NCBI GenBank assembly: GCA_951406725.2
Contig: OX597823.1
Location: forward strand, 10,044,001-10,108,000
DNA length: 64,000 nucleotides
Reading direction: 5' to 3'
Origin: Octopus vulgaris
Lineage: Eukaryota
Shown: piece after piece, positions 12,555 through 26,920 of the stretch
How the letters are laid out: every line of letters starts with the position of its first letter
Numbering within the stretch: position 1 is the stretch's first letter
Notes under the pieces: generated by a model
What the model saw: the letters and a program-made list of their open reading frames with translations, nothing else
The model's database searches: none
What the model was told of the DNA's origin: nothing
Made by a program: the position numbers and the translations under genes

Positions 12555-12910
12555 GCTTTAGTAGATAGTATAAGATAGTATAAGATAGTATAAGATAGTA
12601 GATAGTATAAGATAGCTTTAGTAGTATAAGATAGTATAAGATAGTACATAGTATAAGATAGCTTTAGTAGTATAAGATAGTATAAGATAGTATAAGATAG
12701 TATAAGATAGTAGATAGTATAAGATCGCTTTAGTAGTATAAGATAGTATAAGATCGCTTTAGTAGTATAAGATAGTATAAGATAGCTTTAGTAGTATAAG
12801 ATAGTATAATATAGTATAAGATAGCTTTAGTAGTATAAGATAGTATAAGATAGTATAAGATAGCTTTAGTAGTATAAGATAGTATAAGATAGTATAAGAT
12901 AGCTTTAGTA
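12555..12910. repeat. 10-bp satellite (TAGTATAAGA)n with ~39-bp higher-order unit
   Basis: Direct tandem reading; periodic TAGCTTTAG variant. Confidence 0.92.
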
Positions 12911-13131
12911 AATAGTAGATATATAAAGGATGAAAGAAAGATGTGTGTGTATTTTCTATTGTAATTTGTGTTTTTAAATCTTAGATGGGCAGAGATGAAG
13001 ATATTAACCCAAAATAATTTTTGAGTAGGAAATCTCCATGTGAACAGTGACAACAGCAATAATGATAATAAGGAATAATAAGGAAGAACAAAAAAAGAAA
13101 AAAAAAACCTTAAAAGAAATATGAAAATAAA

Positions 13132-13733
13132 GGTGGTGAGCTGGCAGAAACGTTAGCACGCCGAGCGAAATGCGTAGCCGTATTTTGTCTGGTGTTATGT
13201 TCTGAGTTCAAATTCCGCCGAGGTCGACTTTGCCTTTCATCCTTTCGGGGTCGATAAATTAAGTACCAGTTACGCCCTGGGGTCGATATAATCGACTTAA
13301 TCCCTTTGTCTGTCCTTGTTCGTCCCCTCTGTGTGTAGCCCCTTGTGGGTAGTAAAGAAATAGGTATTTTGTCTGCCGCTACTTTCTGAGTTCAAATTCC
13401 GCCGAGGTCGACTTTACCTTTCATCCTTCGGGGTTGATTAAAAAGTACCAGTTTCGCACTGGGGTCGATGTAATCGACTTAATCCCTTTATCTGTTCTTG
13501 TTTGTCCTCTCTGTGTTTAGCCCCTTGTGGGTAGTAAAGAAGTAGGTATTTCGTCTGGCGCTACGTTCCGAGTTCAAATTCCGTCGAAGTCGTCTTTGCC
13601 TTTCATCCTTTCGGGGTCGATTAAATAAGTACCAGTTATGCACTGGGGTCGATGTAATCGACTTAATCCCTTTCTCTGTCCTTGTTTGTCCCCTCTATGT
13701 TTAGTCCCTTGTGGGCAATAAAGAAATAAGAAA
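13132..13733 (+). mobile_element. SINE B tandem trimer (one full unit plus two head-less units)
   Basis: Core repeated three times, joined at GTAAAGAA(A)TAGGTATTT. Confidence 0.88.
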
Positions 13734-13760
13734 TATAAAAATAATACTTAAAGAATATTA

Positions 13761-14218
13761 GGCGCAGGATTGGCTGTGTGGTAAGTAGCTTGCTAACCAA
13801 CCACATGGTTCCGGGTTCAATCCCACTGCGTGGCATCTTGGGCAAGTGTCATCTACTATAGCCCCGGGCCGACCAATGCCTTGTGAGTGGATTTGGTAGA
13901 TGGAAACTGAAAGAAGCCTGTCGTATATATATATATATACATATATATATGTGTGTGTGTGTGCGTGTGTGTGTGTGTGTGTGTGTATGTGTGTGTGTTT
14001 GCGTGTCTGTGTTTGTCCCCCTAGCATTGCTTGACAACCGATGCTGGTGTGTTTATGTCACCGTTACTTAGCGGTTCGGCCAAAGTGACCGATAGAATAA
14101 GTACTGGGCTTACAAAAAGAATAAGTCCCGGGGTCGAGTTGCTCGATTAAAGGCGGTGCTCCAGCATGGCCGCAGTCAAATGACTGAAACGAGTAAAAGA
14201 GTAAAAGAGTAAAAGAGT
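13761..14218 (+). mobile_element. SINE family A, full length
   Basis: tRNA head, internal microsatellite, (GAGTAAAA)n tail. Confidence 0.92.
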
Positions 14219-14754
14219 AATATTCAGCTATGACAACTACAACCAGAAAAGTAATTGCTGCATCACTCAGGAAAACAATGGAAATGTCACTTGGAAAAGT
14301 AGCAAAATCAATAAGGAAAATAGTCTCGAATACATTCAAAGCACTAACTTGTGTAGTAATAGTAACAACAGTAGCAAAAACTACGACCAAAAAACGGCAG
14401 CAACCAGAAATATACTAACATTGCCGAAATATAACAATGAAAAGAACATGTAGCAACTACAACAACAAAGACAATAAAACAGCAAAAGAAGATCAGTAAT
14501 ATCAAAAAAAAAATTAAAAACATAAAAAAAGAACACAAAGAACAATATTAGTTTTTTTAAAAATCGGCAACAGTCACAGCATGAACAAAAACAACAACAA
14601 GAATAACAAGAACAACAAAGACATCGAGAATACCATTAACGAGTGAAACTGAATCAATACAGGTCCAAAAAATAATAATAATAATAATAAAGAAAGAAAA
14701 TGAAAAACAATGGCAAGGTAACAACAACTGCAACGAGTTAACAACAACGACAAC

Positions 14755-14830
<76 letters not shown>

Positions 14831-14983
14831 TAACAATAACAACACCAAAGAGAATGGAACACAACAAATGAAAGGCCAATGAAAACAAACTACGAGATAA
14901 CAACAGACGATAGTGAAAATCTGAATATCATGTATTTTTTTAACTCTTTTAAACTTTAGTATTATCATCATCACCATCGCCAC

Positions 14984-15036
<53 letters not shown>

Positions 15037-15106
15037 CCATCATCATCATCAACATCATCATCGTCATCATCGTTATCATCATCGTCATCATCATTATTAC
15101 TATTAT

Positions 15107-15139
<33 letters not shown>

Positions 15140-15186
15140 TATCATCATCATTATCATTATCATATTTATTATTATCATCATTATTA

Positions 15187-15271
<85 letters not shown>

Positions 15272-15305
15272 CATCATTATCATTATTATTATCATTATCA
15301 TTATT

Positions 15306-15340
<35 letters not shown>

Positions 15341-15360
15341 CATTATTATTATTATTATTA

Positions 15361-15403
<43 letters not shown>

Positions 15404-15524
15404 CATTATTATTATTATTATCATTATTATTATTATCATTATTATTATTATGATCATTATTATCATTATTATTATTATCATTATTATTATTATTATCATT
15501 ATTACCATTATTATTATTATTATC

Positions 15525-15565
<41 letters not shown>

Positions 15566-15579
15566 CATTATCATTATTA

Positions 15580-15623
<44 letters not shown>

Positions 15624-15625
15624 GT
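14755..15625. repeat. Compound (AAT)n / (ATC)n / (ATT)n microsatellite block
   Basis: Direct reading. Confidence 0.95.
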
Positions 15626-15941
15626 TATTTAAGTGGCAAAAAACAGCAAAACAATTTCTGAATAATATCATTTACATCGTGTTTATTACACCAACATAAA
15701 CTAAACATTTGATTGTATTATTTTCGTTGTTGTTGTTGTTATTGTTGTTGTTGTTGTTGTTCATATTGTTCTTGTGGTTAGAATTGTTGATGTTTTCACT
15801 TGGGTGTCATTGTTATCTTCATCTCCCCGTCTCATCTTTTACCCCTTCCGCTCTCCTCATCTGACTCTGCTTCGTTCTTCGTCTTCTTCTGCTTCCATTT
15901 CTTCTTCTGGTCGTCTCTACTAATTTCTTCTTTATGTTTTA

Positions 15942-16288
15942 CTAGCAGTATCGCCCGGCGTTGCTCGGGTTTGTAAGGGAAATAACTATATAAGCATTTT
16001 TAGATGTAAAGTATAATAGCCATCTCAATATGGTTAACCACAAAGGGGGGGGGTGTTACTGTAGCTTTTTACGTTCTGAGATTTAATAATAAAGTTTTAG
16101 AGAGTTATTTCCCTTATATATGCCAAAAATGCATTAAAAATGGGAAAAATTGATGGTAATTTTTTTTTAAAATCGTAGGGCTCGATATGAATCACGACTA
16201 TAAGATACCCGGTTTTGGTTAAACTGCACCGCAAAATCTAAATCGTAGGAGGCAGACAGACACACAACCTCTCTTTTATATATAAAGA
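15942..16288 (-). mobile_element. Non-autonomous Helitron H1 with two internal deletions
   Basis: Both termini intact; lacks segments present in other copies (~16177 and ~16236). Confidence 0.88.
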
Positions 16289-16321
16289 TTACTGCTGTTT
16301 ATTAGATTTTCGTCCTGAAGC

Positions 16322-16539
16322 TTCATCATCATCATCATCACCATCATCACCATCACCACCACCACTACGACCACAATCATCATCACCACCAGCACTACCA
16401 CCACCACCACCACCTCGACCACAAACATCATCACCATCACCACCACCACCACCATCATCATCCACACCACTATCCTCATCATCACCACCATCATCATCAC
16501 CACCACCATCATCCTCATCATCATCATCTTCTTCTGCTG

Positions 16540-16589
<50 letters not shown>

Positions 16590-16610
16590 GCTGCTGCTAC
16601 TGCTGCTGCC
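16322..16610. repeat. Compound (CAT)/(CAC)/(CTA)/(CTG) microsatellite
   Basis: Direct reading. Confidence 0.9.
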
Positions 16611-17492
16611 ATTGCTCTTCCTCGTTCTCTTCCCTTTGCAATCTTGGGTCAAAAGAAGTGGAAGATTTGGACGCCTTGCATCTGGAATATTGACAAGTAT
16701 TCACAGATTTCTGCAAGTCGGACAATGCGTTCGCTAAAACTTCTACATTAGCATTCCAAACAAGTTAGGGCGTTAGGGCAGAGCGACGACGTTCTGTGGA
16801 GAATCTTAGACGCCGAAAATAAACAGCGGTATAATCTGTTCCAATGAACCTTTGTTGTGAAGGCGACGACCCCAAATCTCCGGCAATCCTGCTTTGAGAC
16901 AAACTCTTCTCCTCCATTCCCCCACATACATACATACATTATATTTCCAATGAAAAAGGAAAGACACCACAAAACGAAGTCACATAATTAGCTCCATATG
17001 AATATATAATTAGAAAATAAAACATGCAAATATATTTTAGTTTTCTAAAGTTTTACTTCCTGATCTTGGTGCACAAAGCTATGATTATCTCAGATCTGTA
17101 GAAGACGAATCTTTGCCAAGGAGATACGAAATCATATTAAAAATAAGGCTTATAGCCATACGTTCACACTATTACTTCAAATGTAATGTAGATATAGATC
17201 AGGTCCAAACCTGTGTTGAGAGCAAATATTTTGTTAAGAAGTGTCAAGTTTCAGCCGGCAAAATATATGGCAGTATATAAGATAAAGTCGTTACTGAAAT
17301 TAGAACATGGAAATGTTTACAAGAACCTAGTGTACATATTGAACGAAGACCAATGAGCAAGAAATCATTCCTGCCAACATTGTTCACTGACGTTTTATTG
17401 TACATTATGCTATCTGTTCCGACGAGGGCACACTAGGGCTAAACGTTGTAAATAGAGAGGATTTATTAAAGTATAGCTTATTAAAATGTATA

Positions 17493-17880
17493 GAGTTGCC
17501 GTGTGGTAAGAAGCTTGCTTCCCAACCACATGATTTAACGTTCAGTCCCACTGCGTGGCACCTTGGGCAAGTCTTTTCTACTATAGCCTCGGGCCGACCA
17601 AAGCCCTGTGGGTAGATTTGGCAGACGGAAACGGAAAGAGGCCCGTCGTATAGATGTATATCTATAAGTAATTGTGTGTCTATGTTTGCCCCCCTCCCCA
17701 TGATCTCTTGATAACCGAATTTGTTGTGGTTAAATCCCCGAAAATTAGCGGTTCGGCAAAAGATACCGATAGAATAAACTTTAATCTTACAAAGAATAAG
17801 ACCTGCGTAGATATGTTCAACTAAAGGCTGTTCTTCAGCATGACTGTAGCCGAATGACTGAAATAAAAGAAATAAAAACA
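17493..17880 (+). mobile_element. SINE family A, diverged
   Basis: Same layout as other A copies. Confidence 0.85.
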
Positions 17881-18844
17881 GCAAGTATCACATATTAATG
17901 CGCAACAAGGACGAGTATACCGCTATCTTTCAGACAGAAGGCAGAATATTTAACCGCTTATTCAAATTGTATTGGACAGAAAAGAGTGCCTGCAATGTAG
18001 ATCTCTGGCTTCTGATTGAACTAACCTCTGTAATAAAATAATGCTTAATTATAATTGGTGAAGTCTCAGTGTTACACATATTTTCCCTAAATGTCATTGA
18101 CGAATACCTACAAGATATTATTAGACATCTTGGGCAGAGGATCATCCGACTTCTTGGAGTCTTCAAACACGCTTTGCTTACACATCTACTGGTCAATATT
18201 TAGTACTTCCAGCAGTGAATTTCGAAGAACTTCAAATTGTATATCGAACTGTTTCAGTACGAATCCAATCACTTGAAAATAACAATGCGCAGTTACTCGA
18301 TACAATGTGAAATAATACAGCGGAGTACCTGTCATGTGTGATTCGCTCACTTCAAAACCTAGGCCAGGCACTCTTTAAATATAAACTATTTCTGTATAGA
18401 TAAATTAGTAAATAATATGCAATTAGATGTTGAACGCTTCGTTACTGGACAACTGATCACATTCACTTGCTTTGGAATGCCTAAATTTGAAAATTGGCCA
18501 TTTGTCATGTTTTTGTATAATCTATGGTTTAAGAAGATCTTTTTAACGAAAGCAGACTCAAGGTACTCGATCATCATCAAAACAGCATTAGATCTTTGAT
18601 TACCCATACCTTAATTGGACGAAGAAAATGGTATCAATATTCAGAAATATATAATGAAAAGGATTTAGCTTTCACTACGTTTAACATATTCGAAAGCAAA
18701 AGTTCTGGTCTTTGAATAAAGTTGGAATGTATTTACAGCAGTCTCTATCTATTAGGAAAGCAACTGATACACTAACAACCAAATGAAACTTTGAGAAAAG
18801 ACTAAGAACAAAAACATGTGTACAGCGGGCTTCTTGAGTAAATA

Positions 18845-19050
18845 TTCTTTTCTACTCTAGGCACAAGGCCCGAAATTTGGTGGTAGAGGGGTCTGTCGAT
18901 TAGGTCGACCCCAATACGCAACTGGTCCTTAATTTATCGAACCCAAAAGAATAAACGGCAAAGTCAACTTTGGTGGAATTTGAACTCAGAATGTAAAGAC
19001 AAATGCAATACCGGTAAGCATTTCGCTAACGTGTTCGCCAGCTCGCCAAC
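18845..19050 (-). mobile_element. SINE family B, diverged
   Basis: Reverse-complement core and head. Confidence 0.8.
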
Positions 19051-19204
19051 TTATCTTGAGTAAATATTGTATACAGTTTAGCCGGTAACCCATACACCAG
19101 CATTTTCTAATCTTATTAACTGACTTTCGAATGTTCTACTCAATTTATAGCATGTGTTTGTAAATTATTCTTAATATCCATTGAGCTCTAATTTTTTTCT
19201 TAGG

Positions 19205-20000
19205 AAGGGAGCTGGCAGAACTGGTAGCACGCCAGGCAAAATGCTTAGCAACATTTGGTGTGTTAACGTTCAAGCTCCACCGTGGTCGATTTTGTCTTTC
19301 ATCATTTCGGGGTCGATAAAATAAAATAACGAAGTTGAGCGCTGTGGGTCGATGTAATCAACTTATTCCCTCTCCTAAAATTGCTGGCTTTGTGCCAAGA
19401 TTTGAACCCAATATTCATTGGATTTTTTTTTTTTTTTCGTCTTCATGATCTCCCACAAAACTTTCAATATCCTCAACCTGTTGTTTAATACATTGAAACA
19501 ATTTTGAAGATATATAAACTTATGCGTCAAAATACAAATTTCGTAATAAATATAAGATTTTCACAGCTCCCGCTATTTATTATCAATAGTTAATATGCGG
19601 TAATGGTTAGCAACCCGGACAAAATACTCTTCAGGATTTTGTCCTTTATGTTCTGTGTTCAAATTCGGCCGTGGTCTACTTTGACTTTTATCCTTCGGGG
19701 TCGATGAAATAAGTTCCAGTGGGACACTGGAGTCAAAGTAATCTACTTACCGCCTCATTCAAAATTGCTGGTCTTGTGCCAAGATGTGAAACCAATATTA
19801 ATGTTTATAATGAAGGCCATATGCTTAGCGAGATTTCGTTCGTCTTTATGTTCGGAGTTCAAATTCCACCGAGGTCAATTTTGACTTTCATCCTTCGGGG
19901 TCAATAAAATAAGTTCCAGTTGAGAACTGGGGGGTCAATATAATCGATGCATAATCCCACCCCTACAAATTGCTTACCTTGTATCAACATTTCCAACCGA
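19205..20000 (+). mobile_element. Cluster of three old SINE B copies (~19205-19415, 19590-19800, 19815-20000)
   Basis: Repeated TTTCATCCTTCGGGGTCGAT-like core and AAATTGCTGG..TTGTGCCAA tail. Confidence 0.75.
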
Positions 20001-20724
20001 AACTTTTGCATTGTGGAAATTTTACGACTAACTCATACACCTCACAATTATCGGTCTTATATTTATGTTAGAAAACTATTATTATCACGTCCATCTCTTG
20101 AAAGTTTCGGGCTCCAATACCTCTGGGTCCAATTTGCCTTTCATCTGCCAAATTAGCTAAAATCAAATATCATTCCATGACGTCGAATGAACTGACAACT
20201 TACCATTAACATTTTTGTCTTATGTTGGAAATTATTATTTTTTTTTTTCTGATGGCATTTAGATAAATTAAATAGATTAGCTTGCAGTCTTGAAATAATA
20301 TATCTACGCAGTGATTTCGAATATTCCGAAGACTTTGCCTTTCATCCATGAAAGATACAGTGTATGCCAGTCAATTATTGGTGTTCTTGAAATCAACTAA
20401 TTTTATACTACGGAATTTATGACTGTGCTTTTGATAGAAATTCTTTTTAAAGGTAGTGGATTGCAAAGCATTTGCATGATGTAAATGTAATATTAAGCTG
20501 ACATACATACCACGTTAGATCAATTCCCCTCACAATCGAACTGGTAAAGGATTTTATCAATTAGGGGCTAAAACGCTTACTGTGATTAAGTCTGAAATGC
20601 AAAGTGGACTGGATTTTTATAAATCTGCCAAAATCGGATGTAGTCACGAGAAGTGGGAAACGTTCCAATCAACTGCTAAAATGTAAGAATGCCGATGTAT
20701 ATATCTGTGCACCTTCATGAACAC

Positions 20725-20755
<31 letters not shown>

Positions 20756-20766
20756 ATTTCCCTTCC

Positions 20767-20819
<53 letters not shown>

Positions 20820-20821
20820 TA

Positions 20822-21211
20822 TTTTACTCTTTTACTTGTTTCAGTCATTTGACTGCGGCCATGCTGCCTTTAGTCGAGCAAATCGAGCCCAGGACTTATT
20901 CTTTGTAATCCTAGTACTCATTCTGTCTCTTTTGCCGAACCGCTAAGTTACGAGGACGTAAACACACCAGCATCGGTTGTCAAGCGATGCTGGGGAGACA
21001 AACAAAGACACACAAACATATACACACGCATACACACACACACATATATATACATATATACGACGGCCTTCTTTCAATTACCGTCTGCTAAATTCACTCA
21101 CAAGGCTTTGGTGGGCCCGAGGCTATAGTAGAAGACACTTGCCCAAGGGGCCTGAACCCGGAACCATGTGGTTGGTAAGCAAGCTACTTACTACACAGCC
21201 ATTCCTGTGCC
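20822..21211 (-). mobile_element. SINE family A
   Basis: Reverse complement of the A consensus. Confidence 0.88.
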
Positions 21212-21250
<39 letters not shown>

Positions 21251-22120
21251 TCAACTCAGAGTTGCGGCCATGCTGATGTACCACCGTTTCCCTACACTGT
21301 TATTACTGAGACCCTCCTCTAGTATGTGGCACTTGGCGTAGAAAGGAGTTTGGAAGCTTTCACATCTTGACCACACGCTCTTTTGTTTAATATAAGGTAC
21401 ATTCTCTCATGTACCTCTCTCACGTTGATATTGTACATTGTGATCTAACACTATCAATTGTTGCTAAACTTCAGATTAGATCTGTCGAGTCTTGGTTTTG
21501 AGAATTGGGTGTGTCAGTTTTAGAAGATATGGTTGCTATATTTGGTTCTTCCGTCGACTTCTTAGAGGCTCTTCCACTCATACATACATATAGATGTATA
21601 GATGTTGTTTTCTTAGTACTGGTCACGTATATCTCTGATACGATATGACCCACCCGTGACTTACTATTCTTCCTCTATATCCAAGAATATTTCCTGGAAT
21701 GTCATCAATTTTCAGACTGCAAGTCATTTCAGTTCAGGGATATCTGATTTCCCTTTCTAGCAGTTAGAGTGAACAGTTAGAGACTTGTATGTTTCACCAC
21801 CGTTATGTATTTATACAAATTACTGATTGTGCGCGCGCATCCGTCTTTGTGTGTATGGTGGTGGTATTCTAATTCAAGATAGTTTAGGCTCCTATTCCAT
21901 GCAGCAACTTCTATAGTAGCTGTTTTATAGCTCATGGTTAGCGCCAATTATTCAAAACTATGATAAAAGCGTTTAAATCGTTACCATACTGTCCTTTTGC
22001 TAAACAATGGACTGCATTATCCAACGTGTTCTGCCTTTCTAAGTACTTTACATAGCTTGAGAAAGAATTCGCTGCTAATTTTAACTGATTAAGCTACCGA
22101 ATAGAGACTCCAACGTTGTA

Positions 22121-22177
<57 letters not shown>

Positions 22178-22279
22178 AGCATACATTTCCATGCAGACAC
22201 GCTCACATACATACAAACAATGTCGCAAGCCGCCTTCCACACGCACATATACACTCTCACATACACACGCACGCGTACC

Positions 22280-22540
22280 TTTGTTTTGGGATCACCATTA
22301 CTTTATTATCTCCCCTTCTTCTTAGTTCTCCTGTGTGACCAATCTGTCCGTCATTCATGATAGATCGCTAGCCACTAAACCTTTTTCTATTTTCTCTCCC
22401 TGTTTATTTCTGTGTTCCTTTCCGTTGAAGAGCGTTGGCTCGAAACGTAAAACACTTTCTCACTTCACGAGCGTTAAACTAATACATCTGTTTGTTGTTT
22501 ACACACCCGTCTTCGTCTTTTGTTTTTGTCAATTCTCACC
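22280..22540 (+). repeat. Short repeat P2 with HHR-like motif (22418-22453)
   Basis: Shares sequence with 48432-48595; CUUU CCGUUGA A GAGC GUUG GCUC GAAA CG UA AAA. Confidence 0.6.
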
Positions 22541-25500
22541 ATACATGTATACATACATACATGTGTTAGTATATATGTGTGTGTGTGTGCGCGCGTGCGT
22601 ACGCGCGCGCCATTGTGTGCCATTGTGCGTATATGTATGTATAATCCTTAAACCTCTCTCCAATTTACTTTTCCACCCCCCATATATTTTCTAAATAGAT
22701 ATACCCAACATTATAATTAGATAATTTTCCGGTATATTTTAAACTTTTAATGATTTTCTTTCCTTATTTGCACTAAAAATCGTTTTAGGATATAAATTAT
22801 AGAAGTCAAAACAGAAATCATAACTAATTAAAATTTTCACATGATTATTGTTAGTTAATTTGATGTTCAATATTATCATTTAATTATAATATTTCGTGAA
22901 TCAATTTCGATGTCCTTTGTTCCAATGGATTCCTATTACATTCCATATCCTTAATTAATGTCATGATAATTATTGTTTTCCCACTGCGATTCTTTATTGT
23001 ATACTATTGATATTTCGTATTATCATCAATATTACCAAATTCCACACTTGTTCATATCGCCAGGTTTATGGCATCAGGTGTAGTGACAATGAGGCTTTTC
23101 AATTCCCAAATAATTTCCAAACCATTCTTATAGAATTGAAAATGAGAGATTTCTCCAGGTCTGCTATCCCAGTCTCAATTTCGATGCCTCTAATTCTCAC
23201 AAACAGCTGTTTTGGCTTGTTCTCAACATTCCCGTGACGATAATTCACTTGCATAATCTAAACGTTTATCAGTGTTCAACCAAATCCTGGAATTTTTCAT
23301 TCTGTAATTATTTTGTTATCATATGGTTTCATCTGTGCAAGTGTTTTCAAAAATCATTTTAAATCAGATATTTGGATTGGTTTCAGTACCGTATATAGTT
23401 TTACTATTCACCTCTAAATGTTGTCTATTATTTCACGTTTAATATTTCTTTGCTATTTTTGATACATTCTTACTGTTAGACGTTCCATTGTCTCTGCCAT
23501 ATACTCAATCTTGTTGGTTTCACTTTTTTTTCCTGTGATTTTAAACATTGCTTCTTTCGTTTGTTCTTGCGAAAGCGTCCTAAATGTTCTTCAGAGATAT
23601 CTTTTCAGATGACTAATTAATGTCGCAACATATCATTCCAGATTTCCATATTTTCCTGCTATTATTAAACCTTTGAGCAATAAATGCAACACAGACATTA
23701 CTTGGCCATCTAATCCGTTTTTGTCTCAAGTACATAAGAAGTGGTAAGCTCTTATATGTTTCAGATATCAAAACTTGAATTATATACAGAATTAAATTTC
23801 GAGAAAAACGACTATCATATCCATGTGACTCTGATTATCGACGATGAATCAAATGCGTAATCTATTCAGAAGAGATGGTCACCCTTCTAGCACAGGCACT
23901 GAGGACATCTTCAGAAATTCGTTGCCAAGCAGTGCTACTGTGGGACTTCATCTCGTCACTGATAAGATAAACTTTACAGGCACGGAAATGTTGCGGTCTA
24001 TGCATGTCTGAGAGCCAGTAATTGCATTACTTCACATAATATCTCTGTGGTGTATCAGTAGCGACCGTGTAAATATTTTCCCTGCTTTCCGTTAACTGGA
24101 AAGGACAACCTCTTTAAACCATATATTTCCCCATTAGTTCGTTTCGGTAGCCAATATTAAATGCAATGTGACACATATTTTCATATTTTCTTCGGCCGTA
24201 TTTTCTATAGTTCATTCCTGCATAACTCGGAGAGAATAATGAAAATACAATTGAGATAGGGTATTGCCACTTTCCAGTGAATAAATTAAAAGTAGGTGAG
24301 AATGGCGATTGCGGCCTAATTAAATGGTCTAACCTCAGCGTCAAGCACTTGGACTGACATACAACACTTTCACACGACACACTTCCTTTCACTTTTATGA
24401 ATGTTGTTCACCTAGAATCTTTCCTGGAATTAACCTGTTTCTTTATCTTTTAAATTCAAGCATTCTTTGACACAAACAACCATATTTAGAACAAAACATT
24501 TTGACATTGGACAGTTTTTTATTATTTTTTTTGTAAATTTATTCCTCATTTTGTCGGTCATTTCTTTGCTCCATTTTTGGTTTCATCGTTTTCCTAAGAA
24601 CTTATTCCCTATGTGTGTTACTATCAGATTTATAGAAATGTTTCTAAAAGTTTCAGCTCATTCCTCATAGTAACCTGTTCTGTAGATTGAACCTTATATC
24701 TAATTTTGTTCTTCATTTGAAACGGAAATTTTCTGGCCATATATTTTCCACTTGTCTGTGGTCAAAATTGTAATATGTTGAAGGCTATTCCATATTATTT
24801 CCATCAAATATTTACATGAACACAGAAATAATAGTTGATAAACTAACCCTGCTTCACCGCATATATTCTACATATGTTGGACGCACATACTGAGCATACT
24901 ACACATATATATTCTACGGTGTTACATCTACGGTTTGATCTGAATATAAAAGAACGAATACTCTAATGTATTCAAAATTTTCTTCATCACATAAAATCGC
25001 TGTGAATTTTTTTGTTGCACTAAATTGAGTGATGGCTAGTTTTTAATTCCGCACTCAGCAGCTATTTAACACTGACAAGTTTTCTTCGTACCCACTCAGC
25101 TTTTTTAATTAACTATTAATTACTGTCGATTTTGGTTACTTCAACTTGCTGCCCTGACAATCAAAAGATTTAAACGATATATTCCCCATAACTGATGTCT
25201 ACCAGGAAGATAAATTCCTTCTCTATTTGCATCGGACAACTTAATCGTAGATCTTTTTCCTTATCAAATCAAGCTGGCATAATCCCAATTTATACCTCAT
25301 TTTATAAGATTGTTTGTGGAGTAGGATGCTATTGATGCTGCTTAAAGATTTCTGTTCATGATGCAGTTATAACTTGTTATCCGGCTCTGATCTGTATTGA
25401 TTCTTATAGACGATCAAATTTCCCAGTGTTATTCATCATTCATCAGTCTGATAATTTTTATGTAGGAGTTTGCATACATTTTTCTCCTTCCGTATCATTT

Positions 25501-26382
25501 ATGAACATTTATTAAATATTACTTATTCAATATTTCCTTTACGCACTCTTTGCTTCATTGTGCAGACCGTAAGTAGAAGTTTTATATGTTAGGAATGTAG
25601 TGGCTCTTTTGAATTATTCCTTCAATATCACATCATATATACAATGGTCTATTTCTTACATACACTACTGCTTTATATACTCTCTCCACACATAAATACT
25701 TACTTTCGGCTAACGTGGGTTTCTACAAAACCCTTTTTACTGCTGCTGTCCAAATAGATATCCCTTGAATTATTTTAGGCTTTGAGGTGATCCTTGCCAA
25801 ATAGTTATTTGAGTATAATTCATGCTGTAATCCATTTTCCAGCTTTTATCTTTTTGTTGTCAGTTGTCGTTTCACTCCGGGCCAATCATCATAGAACAAA
25901 ACTATTATAGGTCATTCTAGCCTTCACCATTCTGTTTCTCTGCTATTTGCCGGGAAACTATCTTCACATTATCGAACATGTTCTTCTAAAACGTTTACCA
26001 TGAACAAAGAGTGAATTGGCTTCTATTTCTAGGAGATTGTGTGATCCATATTGAGTCACTCTTCGTTGTTGTCTGTGGAAGTTTCGACATTGTTATTATA
26101 TCTTTCCCTGAGGGTCAAATCATGAGCAGCCACTGCTCTGACAACGAAAACTTCTGAAAAATATCAACCTGCATTTTATCCAGTTTTCTTTTCTCTATTG
26201 TCACTTTTAACTCTAACCATAGATCTAAATATTCACCATACGATAACAATCAACATACAATCCTCAGAGAGTACGGGTAACAAAGTTTCATTACAGATAT
26301 TACTTGACATGACATGACAGCTCCGTTCAAATTCTGTGATTTCCTCGCTTCTACACACATACACACGCGCAAACATATGTCC

Positions 26383-26428
<46 letters not shown>

Positions 26429-26429
26429 T

Positions 26430-26727
26430 TTTATTCTTTTATTCATTTATTCTCTTGTTTCAGTCTCTTGTTTCATGCCGAAGCGCCCCGCCTTAAAGGG
26501 TGTTAACCGCTAAGATACGGGGGCGTAAACATACCAGCACCGGTTGTCAAGTGATGTTGATGGAAGACAAATACAGACACAAAGTCATACACACACATAA
26601 ATAAATATATATGCGACGGGTTTCTTTCAGTTTCCGTTTACCAAATTCCCTCACAATACTTTAGGTGCCACGCAGTGTGACCGAACGCTGAACCATGTGG
26701 AAGCAAACTTCTTACCACACAGCCATG
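26430..26727 (-). mobile_element. SINE family A, deleted and diverged
   Basis: Partial matches to head, core and tail. Confidence 0.75.
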
Positions 26728-26731
26728 GGAC

Positions 26732-26780
<49 letters not shown>

Positions 26781-26783
<3 letters not shown>

Positions 26784-26920
26784 GTCTAAGAATCTTTGAA
26801 TGAGAAAAAGTACGCACTCGAATACCAGTTGATAGAGTGAAAATGTCATTATTAATAAAATAGAATATTAAATTCTCATAACGACTCTATTTCATATTTG
26901 GTTTCATGCCACGAGCTGAT
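26781..26920. repeat. Diverged relative of repeat P1
   Basis: AAAAAGTACGCACTCGAATACCAGTTGATAGAGT resembles AAAAAAGAGTACTCAAATACCAGTGGTAGAGT; follows (TA)n. Confidence 0.4.

Noticed and set aside
11806-12649. Long Glu/Arg/Gly-rich (+) and Leu/Pro/Ser-rich (-, 301 aa) ORFs
   Set aside because: Open frames arise from the GA-rich low-complexity tract and the 10-bp satellite; several frames are open and no domain is present.
12555-12910. Repeat array as CRISPR or telomere
   Set aside because: No unique spacers, no cas genes, eukaryotic context; the unit is not TTAGGG.
14738-15671. 240-281 aa poly-Asn/Asp and poly-Ile/Met ORFs
   Set aside because: Trinucleotide microsatellite translations; the same holds at 43458-44125 and 50892-51335.
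16590-16900. Minus-strand stretch NANVEVLANALSDLQKSVNTCQYSRCK... and GTTAGGGCGTTAGGGC
   Set aside because: No start or clear splice sites, runs into a microsatellite; the telomere-like motif has only two imperfect units.
17930-18607. Cluster of short ORFs in unique sequence
   Set aside because: No recognisable motif, stops in all frames, no convincing splice pair.
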